In this document: positions 38,436-46,192 of the stretch, in pieces
Layout: the number at the start of each line of letters is the position of its first letter
How positions within the stretch are numbered: the first letter of the stretch is position 1
Assembly: GCA_035575985.1 (NCBI GenBank)
Contig: DATLXC010000002.1
Location: 29,254 to 93,253, forward strand
DNA length: 64,000 nucleotides
Reading direction: 5' to 3'
Source: Bacteriovoracaceae bacterium
GTDB lineage: Bacteria > Bdellovibrionota > Bacteriovoracia > Bacteriovoracales > Bacteriovoracaceae
Translations under genes and position numbers: made by a program
Notes under the pieces: model-generated
Told to the model about the DNA's origin: nothing
The model's database searches: none
Seen by the model: the letters and a program-made list of their open reading frames with translations, nothing else

Positions 38436-38452
38436 CTGGCACACCTCTTGCT
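38436..38452 (+). promoter_or_regulatory. sigma54 -24/-12 promoter
   Basis: CTGGCACACCTCTTGCT matches consensus. Confidence 0.88.
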
Positions 38453-38485
38453 TATAGACTGTATCTATACTTTTAGGAGGTAGTT

Positions 38486-38668
38486 ATGAAATTTATTTTG
38501 GTTTTTATTGTTCTTTCAACTTTTTTCACTGTTTCAGCTTTTGCTGGTGAAACAACTACTGAATGTCCCATGATGAGGGAAGCGAATGAAAGGAACAATC
38601 CTAAGGCCACCCTTTCTAATGTTAAGGTGAAGCTAAACAAGACTAAAACTTCTGCTTCAAAGCAATAA
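38486..38668 (+). CDS. Small secreted peptide (60 aa)
   Basis: AGGAGG RBS; signal peptide ending SAFA; mature GETTTECPMM...TSASKQ; 3' hairpin at 38681-38702. Confidence 0.85.
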   Translation: MKFILVFIVLSTFFTVSAFAGETTTECPMMREANERNNPKATLSNVKVKLNKTKTSASKQ

Positions 38669-38793
38669 TTAATGATTTAAGGGGAAGGACTTGTCCTTCC
38701 CCGTGATCTGTCGAATTACTGTTCATCGGGCTATTGTTTCTACATTTCCCATCTACACCCCAGCCAAATAATCACCATTTAGACATTATTAAA

Positions 38794-38810
38794 TTGGCAT
38801 CGCATTTGGA
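38794..38810 (+). promoter_or_regulatory. sigma54-like promoter (variant -12)
   Basis: TTGGCATCGCATTTGGA; degenerate box TGTCGAATTACTGTTCA at 38709-38725 (~80 bp upstream). Confidence 0.55.
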
Positions 38811-38835
38811 GTGTCTTCTGCAACAGGAGGCTTCT

Positions 38836-38994
38836 ATGAAATTTATAATTACGTGCATGCTTTTGAATCTGGTTTCTTATACAGCTTTTGGTGGTGAAGT
38901 GAAGACAGACTGCAATAGCATGAATGAAAGCAGGGAAAAGATAATTAAGGTTCAGGGAAAGAAAAAACAAATATCCGGATCAACCAGGCAGTAG
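38836..38994 (+). CDS. Small secreted peptide (52 aa), paralogue of 38486-38668
   Basis: AGGAGG RBS before ATG 38836; MKFI...AFG/GEVKTDCNSM...SGSTRQ aligns with AFA/GETTTECPMM. Confidence 0.82.
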   Translation: MKFIITCMLLNLVSYTAFGGEVKTDCNSMNESREKIIKVQGKKKQISGSTRQ

Positions 38995-38997
38995 CAC

Positions 38998-39327
38998 CTA
39001 TCTTCTGGTCTTAATCAGCTGGTCTAGTTCAGCTTTTTCATGGATCGTAATGTCTTCTTCAGGCATTCCTTTCTTAATGGGAGCTGACAGGCCGGACCGA
39101 ACCGAATCTTTGACTTTAGGAACTGAATTATCAAAAAGTTTCTTAGTATAGTTACTTGAGGCTTGATAAGACTTTGAGAATAAATTTTCAGCAGCATTTT
39201 GCGCGGTAGTTGTTACCGGTGAAATGGCGGAATAGATATGGGCGAAGATGGTCTCGCCTTTAATAGTAATAGATAAAACTAAAATCAGGGCGACTGACAA
39301 TCCAAGTAATCTGGCTGCATTTATCAA
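38998..39327 (-). CDS. Membrane-anchored hypothetical protein
   Basis: TTG start after GGAG; N-terminal TM; operonic with the CheX/CheY-like genes. Confidence 0.7.
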   Translation of the reverse strand: MINAARLLGLSVALILVLSITIKGETIFAHIYSAISPVTTTAQNAAENLFSKSYQASSNYTKKLFDNSVPKVKDSVRSGLSAPIKKGMPEEDITIHEKAELDQLIKTRR

Positions 39328-39336
39328 GGAGTTCTC

Positions 39337-39786
39337 CTAGTTTATCGTCTCAAGGCTATATTCAGCTAAGACACAGAATGAAGATGACTCGAGTTCAAGT
39401 TCGTATTTATGAGTCATCCCCCTGGCCGACGTACTGATCGGCGTGGGTATCATGTTTAGTTTTGGGGATGAGAGTCTTACATTAAAGTGACTGATTTCTT
39501 CATCCAGGGTGATTTGCCTGCCAATCAAAATATTCATCGCTTCAACGAAAAGGGGGAAAAGATAGTTTTTTTCTGAAACTGAAAGCTCATGACCATCCAG
39601 GCAAAGGTAACATGTAATCCCACCACGGATTTCTCCGGTCATTTCAAACTGAACCCTCAGGTTATTCTGTGAAATCACTGGATTTAAGTCATGACGATGA
39701 ATGATCCGCACATTCTGGATTATCGTCAATTCTTCAATACGGGATATCTCAATGGGTTTTGAAACTTCCATGTTGCTCCAATTCAT
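39337..39786 (-). CDS. CheX/CheC-like protein
   Basis: FEMTGEIRG and E-x2-N motif EAMNILIG, then LSSP; ATGA-coupled to the CheY-like gene. Confidence 0.6.
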   Translation of the reverse strand: MNWSNMEVSKPIEISRIEELTIIQNVRIIHRHDLNPVISQNNLRVQFEMTGEIRGGITCYLCLDGHELSVSEKNYLFPLFVEAMNILIGRQITLDEEISHFNVRLSSPKLNMIPTPISTSARGMTHKYELELESSSFCVLAEYSLETIN

Positions 39787-40181
39787 TTTTTAGAAATTTG
39801 TGTCTGAATTTTATCCAGGGAGTCGGCCAGCTGCTGCTTTTGAATAGGCTTAGGTATAAAGTCTGCCGCTCCGGCACCAATGGCTTCAAGTACTATATGT
39901 TCCTGGGACAGGGATGAAACTACGATGACGGATATATCATCAAAACTCTTGTTAATCTGTTCGGTCAGTTCAATTCCACTTATCTCCGGCATCACTATAT
40001 CCGTGATCACGACATTCGGACTTTTTTCCTTGATAATTTTCATGGCCGTTTCAGCATCAGCAGCTTCTCCAACTACCTGATGACCAGACTCTGTAACCAT
40101 GCGGCTAATCAGGCTGCGGGAGAAGTCGGAGTCATCAACAACGACTACCCTGAGTTCGGAAATGCTGGTCTTGTCATTCAT
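39783..40181 (-). CDS. Single-domain response regulator (CheY-like)
   Basis: VVDD, TDIVMPEISG, VVSS, FIPKP. Confidence 0.92.
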   Translation of the reverse strand: MNDKTSISELRVVVVDDSDFSRSLISRMVTESGHQVVGEAADAETAMKIIKEKSPNVVITDIVMPEISGIELTEQINKSFDDISVIVVSSLSQEHIVLEAIGAGAADFIPKPIQKQQLADSLDKIQTQISKK

Positions 40182-40217
40182 GTAAGATAGGATATCAAAT
40201 TTGCGAGATAAGGAAAG

Positions 40218-40254
40218 AAAAAGGCCTCCTTACCACATATTGGTAGGAGGCCTT
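40218..40254 (-). terminator. Intrinsic terminator of lon
   Basis: aaggcctcct(t)acca/tggtaggaggcctt stem with a minus-strand U-tract. Confidence 0.8.
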
Positions 40255-40259
40255 ATTTT

Positions 40260-42707
40260 TTATGCAGCTACTTGATTCGGCTTTTTAGGCTTAACGTCTT
40301 TCTCTTTGTTTTCAATACGCTTAGTTTGGTCAAGATTTAGCTGACCTTTCCAGTCGACTAAGGCGATACTCAAAACTTCCTGGATGTTCTTTACCGGGAT
40401 GAAATTAATCTTCTTGCGGTAGTTAAGAGGAATTTCCAGTAGGTCTTTCTGGTTTTTCCAAGGAATGATTATGGTCTCAATTCCAGCTCTCATTGCCGCC
40501 AGAGCCTTTTCTTTTATTCCGCCAACAGGAAGGACTTTACCAGTAAGGGTGATTTCACCCGTCATGGCGATGTCTTTACTTATATAAGTACCTGTAGCAA
40601 TCGAAGCAATTACTGTAGCAAGTGTAATACCGGCAGATGGACCATCCTTAGGTATAGCTCCAGCTGGCAAGTGAATATGGATTTCGTTCTCTTCAAAGAA
40701 CTTATCATCTATTCCCAGTTCAGCCGCGTGACTACGGACAAAACCCATTGCTGCGTGAGCTGATTCTTTCATGACATCGCCCAGTTGTCCGGTAAGGGTA
40801 ATGCCCCTTCCTTTCATCTTGGTTGCTTCAATGTGAAGAATTTCGCCACCGGCAGCAGTCCATGCAAGACCTGTTGCCACTCCAATTTCATCGTATTCAT
40901 TAGAGTCTTCCCTTGAATACATCGGAGGTCCCAGCAGTTCTTCTACAGTGTTTGAGAAGATATGTGTTTTGTTGTGGTAACCGGAAGCAATTTTCTTAGC
41001 CACTTTTCTGCAAAGTGCTCCAACTTGTCTTTCAAGGTTACGGAGACCGGCTTCTCTCGTATATCCAGCAATTACTGTCTCGACACCTTCGTCAGTGAAT
41101 TCAATATGGTCATGTGTGATACCATGCTCGTCCATCTGCTTAGGTATAAGGTACTTCTTCGAGATCTGGAGTTTCTCTTCCTGGGTATAACCAGCAAGGT
41201 TGATGATTTCCATTCTGTCACGAAGGGGACCAGGAATCTGGTCCAGAACGTTGGCAGTAGCAATAAACATGATCTTTGAAAGGTCATAGTTTAAGTTTAG
41301 ATAGTTATCCCTGAATGCAGAGTTCTGCTCAGGATCAAGTACTTCAAGCATTGCTGATGCCGGATCACCTTTAAAGTCAGATCCTAGCTTATCAATCTCA
41401 TCCAGGAGGATAATTGGATTGACTGTCTTACATTGCTTCATTGCCTGGATAAATCTTCCTGGCATAGCTCCAACATAAGTACGGCGATGTCCACGGATTT
41501 CAGATTCATCTTTTAAACCACCAAGTGAAATTCTTACGAATTCACGACCAGTGGCCTTGGCAATAGATTTACCAAGAGATGTCTTGCCGACTCCTGGAGG
41601 CCCTGAGAAGCAAAGGATTGGACCTTTTGCTGCTCCACCTTTCAGTGAACGTACGGCAAGATATTCAAGGATGCGCTCTTTTACTTTTTCAAGATCAAAA
41701 TGATCTTCATCGAGAACATTCTTGGCATAAACAAGGTCCGTCACTTCCTGAGATTCTTCAATCCATGGAAGGTCAACAATCCATTCAAGATAGCTGCGGA
41801 GAATGCTTGATTCTGAAGAATCAGGGTGCATTCTTTCAAGACGTCCAAGTTGCTTCAAGGCTTCTTTCTCGGCTTCTTGTGGAAGCTTCTTGCCTGTGAT
41901 TTTTTCTCTCAATTCGGTGAACTCATCATTCTTGTCTGAGCCTTCCTCATTGAGTTCCTGTTTCATTGCCTTGATCTGCTCTTTCAGAAAGAAATCTTTC
42001 TGGTTGCGGGCAAGGTCTTCTTTGCTGTGCGGAGTATTTGTCTTAAGTTTAGATTGCTGAAGAAGTACTTCAACTTCCTTGACGAGAATCTGGTTGATGT
42101 GTCCCAGGCGCTCGACAGGCTCTAATATCTCGAGGATTTTCTGGGCATCACAAACCTTAAGATTCAGGTTTGATGCAACCAGGTCTGCTAAGCGGCCTGG
42201 ATCCTGGATATCTTCCAGTACCATAAGTATGTCCGGAGAAAGAACTTTACCAAGAGAAATTACTTTCTCAAGATTCTCTTTAACCATTCTTGAAAGTGCT
42301 TCTATTGTAGCTGCACCTGCTGTAACCGGAACCATTGCAACTTTTTCAGTTCTCACCTGGTAAAAAGGCTCCGTTGATACGAATTCCTTGATCCTTGCCT
42401 TTGCCAATCCCTGAATCAGGATTTTAATCCTGCCATCCGGAAGCTTGCGCATCCGCATGATCATGGCAACTGTTCCCATTTCATAGATTTCTGAAGGTGT
42501 GGGAGTTTCTGCAGTAATGTCTTTCTGTGATGCCAGAATGATCAACCTGTCAGTGTTGTTAAGCGATTCTTCAACTGCCTTGATGGAAGTTTCACGCCCG
42601 ACAAACAATGGTAAAATCATAAATGGGTATACAACTAAATCTCGAACAGGTAGCAGAGGGAGCGTTTCCTTGAATTCAATCGCTTCTCCCTCGTAATTCG
42701 TCACCAT
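40260..42707 (-). CDS. lon: Lon protease (full length, second paralogue)
   Basis: Lon N domain, [38 protein letters not shown]. Confidence 0.97.
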   Translation of the reverse strand: MVTNYEGEAIEFKETLPLLPVRDLVVYPFMILPLFVGRETSIKAVEESLNNTDRLIILASQKDITAETPTPSEIYEMGTVAMIMRMRKLPDGRIKILIQGLAKARIKEFVSTEPFYQVRTEKVAMVPVTAGAATIEALSRMVKENLEKVISLGKVLSPDILMVLEDIQDPGRLADLVASNLNLKVCDAQKILEILEPVERLGHINQILVKEVEVLLQQSKLKTNTPHSKEDLARNQKDFFLKEQIKAMKQELNEEGSDKNDEFTELREKITGKKLPQEAEKEALKQLGRLERMHPDSSESSILRSYLEWIVDLPWIEESQEVTDLVYAKNVLDEDHFDLEKVKERILEYLAVRSLKGGAAKGPILCFSGPPGVGKTSLGKSIAKATGREFVRISLGGLKDESEIRGHRRTYVGAMPGRFIQAMKQCKTVNPIILLDEIDKLGSDFKGDPASAMLEVLDPEQNSAFRDNYLNLNYDLSKIMFIATANVLDQIPGPLRDRMEIINLAGYTQEEKLQISKKYLIPKQMDEHGITHDHIEFTDEGVETVIAGYTREAGLRNLERQVGALCRKVAKKIASGYHNKTHIFSNTVEELLGPPMYSREDSNEYDEIGVATGLAWTAAGGEILHIEATKMKGRGITLTGQLGDVMKESAHAAMGFVRSHAAELGIDDKFFEENEIHIHLPAGAIPKDGPSAGITLATVIASIATGTYISKDIAMTGEITLTGKVLPVGGIKEKALAAMRAGIETIIIPWKNQKDLLEIPLNYRKKINFIPVKNIQEVLSIALVDWKGQLNLDQTKRIENKEKDVKPKKPNQVAA

Positions 42708-42754
42708 ACTATTTCTCCTCTGGCGTTCTCTTCCGTGAACTATTTCTAAGATCT

Positions 42755-42782
42755 AATTCGGGATTTTTAGCGAGACGCTTTA
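42755..42782 (-). promoter_or_regulatory. sigma28-like promoter of lon
   Basis: Minus strand TAAAGCGT-N12-CCCGAATT. Confidence 0.5.
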
Positions 42783-42888
42783 AAGGTATTTACGCTAAAG
42801 TTAAGATATTTTTAGGGTTCTTACTTGAGGGAATCGGGTAAAAAACTTACTATCAATGGGTTACAAATTAGAGCAAAAGGTTCAGGTA

Positions 42889-44295
42889 ATGGATAAATCA
42901 ATTGGTATCATAATTCTCGCGGCCGGAAAGGGTACCCGAATGAAAATTGAGACCCCAAAGGCCTTGGTTCCTGCTTTGGGCAAGCCTCTGCTGGATTATG
43001 TGGTCAATGCTTCTGTGGCCTTTGCCAATGAAAGCGGCCTTAAAGCAGAGATTGGTGTTGTTATAGGCCATCGTAAGGAAATGCTCGAAAAATGGTGGGA
43101 AAACCATATCCACAAAGGCTCACTAAAGCTGGCCTGGCAGCGGGAACAAAATGGTACTGCCGATGCACTGAAATCTTGTTTTAATGACCAGCCTCATTTC
43201 TGGAATCACGAATATACACTCGTGGCCTGTGCTGATACTCCAATGATAACACCCGCCCAGTTTGTGACCCTTTTTGAACAGCTTAAGTCACAATCAGAAT
43301 TTGTAGGTGTCGCAGCAACTTTTGAAACTAAAGAACCAAAGGGCTATGGAAGAATTATAAAGGCACCTTCTGGATTTCATATCGTAGAAGAGAAAGATGC
43401 CACTCCTCTCGAGCGAGAGATTACTGAAGTCAACTCAGGTTTCTACATTCTAAAGACTTCGCATGTAAAAGCTGTTTTGGGTTCCATCAAGAATAATAAC
43501 AAGTCAGGTGAATTCTATCTTACAGATCTTTTCAAGGATGAGTTTAAGGTAAAGGCAGTTAAATTTTCATCAGAAGTTCCATTCCTTGGAATTAATACTC
43601 TCGAGCAACTGGCCCACGTTAATGAACTATTGCTGGAGAAAAAGCTCAAGCAACTTTATGCTGATGGGGTGATGATCCTTAGTCCGAAAACCGTATATTT
43701 TGATGAGCAAGTGAAAATAGGTGTGGGGTCAGTCATCTATCCGGGCGTTACTTTGTTAGGGGACACTCAAATTGGAAATCAAGTTACTGTAGAATCTGGT
43801 TCTTTCATAAAAAACAGCCGTATCGCTAATAATGTTTCCATTCTTGCCAATAGTCATCTGGAAGAAGCCATTGTTGAAACAGAAGCGGTTATTGGCCCAA
43901 TGGCGCGATTACGTCCAGGTACTGAAGTGGGTGAACATTCAAAAATCGGTAACTTTGTGGAAGTAAAAAAATCAAAATTAGCGGCAGGGGTGAAGATTTC
44001 ACACTTGAGTTATGTGGGTGATGCTGAGATTGGCGAGAACTCCAATATTGGATGTGGCTTCATCACCTGCAACTATGATGGAGTAAATAAACATAAGACT
44101 AAAATCGGCAAAAATACCTTTATCGGTTCAGATTGTCAGATGGTTGCCCCGGTTACAATAGGTAATGACGCATTCGTAGCAGCAGGGTCAACCATCACTA
44201 AAGATATTCCCGATGGCGCTTTTGGAATTGCCCGTTCAGTGCAGTCTACAAAACCCGGAATGGCTAAGCGTTTTTTGAATCCGAAAAAAGTGTAA
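42889..44295 (+). CDS. glmU: Bifunctional GlmU
   Basis: LAAGKGTRMK, GYGRI, EVNSG, GEFYLTD, hexapeptide repeats, HLSYVGDA, NYDG; start set at 42889 because TTGAGG-N17-TACTAT ends 2 nt before ATG 42856. Confidence 0.96.
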   Translation: MDKSIGIIILAAGKGTRMKIETPKALVPALGKPLLDYVVNASVAFANESGLKAEIGVVIGHRKEMLEKWWENHIHKGSLKLAWQREQNGTADALKSCFNDQPHFWNHEYTLVACADTPMITPAQFVTLFEQLKSQSEFVGVAATFETKEPKGYGRIIKAPSGFHIVEEKDATPLEREITEVNSGFYILKTSHVKAVLGSIKNNNKSGEFYLTDLFKDEFKVKAVKFSSEVPFLGINTLEQLAHVNELLLEKKLKQLYADGVMILSPKTVYFDEQVKIGVGSVIYPGVTLLGDTQIGNQVTVESGSFIKNSRIANNVSILANSHLEEAIVETEAVIGPMARLRPGTEVGEHSKIGNFVEVKKSKLAAGVKISHLSYVGDAEIGENSNIGCGFITCNYDGVNKHKTKIGKNTFIGSDCQMVAPVTIGNDAFVAAGSTITKDIPDGAFGIARSVQSTKPGMAKRFLNPKKV

Positions 44296-44377
44296 GACTT
44301 TTCGCGTCAAACTAGCTAGATGCTCCCTGAAATGTTAGATTATGGCCTTAACTTCACTCTGATTTTTGGGAGCTTTT

Positions 44378-46192
44378 ATGTGTGGTATCGTTGGATATTC
44401 TGGCCCGGGTAATTCTATTGTTCCAATCCTGGAAGGCCTCACGAGATTAGAATATCGTGGCTACGATTCAGCAGGTATCTGCCTGAAGATCAATGATGAA
44501 CTAAAGATCTTTAAGAAAGAAGGCAAGCTGGATAATCTTAAATCTTTGCTTACTGTGGAAAAACCATTTTCAACTACTGGTATAGGTCATACACGTTGGG
44601 CAACTCATGGTGGAGTCACTAAAGATAATGCACACCCACATGGGAACGAAACGTTTGCAGTCGTTCATAATGGGATCATTGAAAATGCAAGTTCACTTAA
44701 AAAAGAATTGATAGCAGAAGGGTTCGTATTCAAATCACAGACAGACTCAGAAGTATTCCTGGTCTTATTGACCAAGTTCTTCAAGCAAAATGGAAATACC
44801 CTTCAATCAATTGCGAAGGCATTTAATACAATTACAGGGAACTCAGCTTTTGTGATCATGGAAGTAAACACAGAAAAACTTTACTGCATAAAAAAATCAG
44901 CTCCTCTGGTCCTTGGTGAAAATGAAAGTACGAGAGAAGCTTATGTTTCTTCGGATCCATTTGCCTTGGTTGGATTCGCTCCCAAGATATATTTCCCTCA
45001 GGATGCTGTTATCTGCGAAAGCACAGTTTCTTTGAAGGATATTCAGATTAAGTTCTATGAACTCGACCTGACCCCTTCGACCCGTTACAAGACCCAGGAT
45101 AATGTCATGACCATGGATACAACCACCAAGGGGTCATATGAACATTTCATGCTCAAGGAAGTTCATGAGCAACCTTCATTAATAGATAAGCTTGGGGCTT
45201 ATTATATCAAGGGTGAGGGTCGTAAGCATCTGGATAGCCTTAAGGGTTTTACTACACCTGAGTGGCATCTGACTGCATGTGGAACTGCCTGGCATGCTGG
45301 GCTTATAATCAAGAATTACTTTGAACAAATTAATCGCCAGCGTGCCTCAGTGGAAATTGCATCAGAGTTTCGTTACAAGAACCCTATTCTTAATAAGAGT
45401 GAGGTTGGATTGTTTATCTCTCAATCGGGTGAAACGGCCGACACTCTTGCCTGCCAGGAATTATGCCTGGCCAAGGGAATACCCACATATTCCATAGTGA
45501 ACGTTGAAGGTTCAACTCTTTTCCGTAATGCAGACAAAAACTTCCTGATTCATGCCGGAGTAGAGATTGGAGTCGCATCTACCAAGGCCTTCACATTACA
45601 GGTACTAACTGGTTATCTCATGGCCCGTGCTATTGAAGGTACCCTGGATAATCCGGACTTGTTTTCAGAACTTCAACTTCTATCCCATAGAATCGGTGAT
45701 CTTTGCACAAATGCTGACAATACGCTTAAGGAAGTAGCTGGAAAAATTTATGCCCAGAAAGGATTTATCTTCACTGGACGTGGGAAATATTTCCCGGTGG
45801 CACTTGAAGGTGCATTGAAGTTAAAGGAAATCGCTTACGTCCACGCAGAAGGATACGCTGCAGGCGAATTGAAGCATGGCCCGATCGCACTCATAGATGA
45901 AAACATCGTAAATATAGCTATCGTAGGCCCTGAGCTTTTGGAAAAAACAATTTCAAACGTGGAAGAAGTTAAAGCAAGAAGGGGAATCATAGTAATGGTA
46001 GGGCCTAAGGACCTGGCGGAAGTCGAGCACCTGGCTGATCATTATATAGGACTTAATTTCGATGGCCTTCCAAACTTAAGCCCTCTCTATGTCAATGTGG
46101 CATTACAATTTCTGGCTTACCATATCGCCAAGCTTAAAGGTACAGACATTGATAAGCCACGGAACCTTGCCAAGTCAGTTACGGTGGAATGA
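44378..46192 (+). CDS. glmS: Glutamine-fructose-6-phosphate aminotransferase
   Basis: MCGIVG, RLEYRGYDSAG, GHTRWATHG, SQSGET, PRNLAKSVTVE. Confidence 0.98.
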   Translation: MCGIVGYSGPGNSIVPILEGLTRLEYRGYDSAGICLKINDELKIFKKEGKLDNLKSLLTVEKPFSTTGIGHTRWATHGGVTKDNAHPHGNETFAVVHNGIIENASSLKKELIAEGFVFKSQTDSEVFLVLLTKFFKQNGNTLQSIAKAFNTITGNSAFVIMEVNTEKLYCIKKSAPLVLGENESTREAYVSSDPFALVGFAPKIYFPQDAVICESTVSLKDIQIKFYELDLTPSTRYKTQDNVMTMDTTTKGSYEHFMLKEVHEQPSLIDKLGAYYIKGEGRKHLDSLKGFTTPEWHLTACGTAWHAGLIIKNYFEQINRQRASVEIASEFRYKNPILNKSEVGLFISQSGETADTLACQELCLAKGIPTYSIVNVEGSTLFRNADKNFLIHAGVEIGVASTKAFTLQVLTGYLMARAIEGTLDNPDLFSELQLLSHRIGDLCTNADNTLKEVAGKIYAQKGFIFTGRGKYFPVALEGALKLKEIAYVHAEGYAAGELKHGPIALIDENIVNIAIVGPELLEKTISNVEEVKARRGIIVMVGPKDLAEVEHLADHYIGLNFDGLPNLSPLYVNVALQFLAYHIAKLKGTDIDKPRNLAKSVTVE

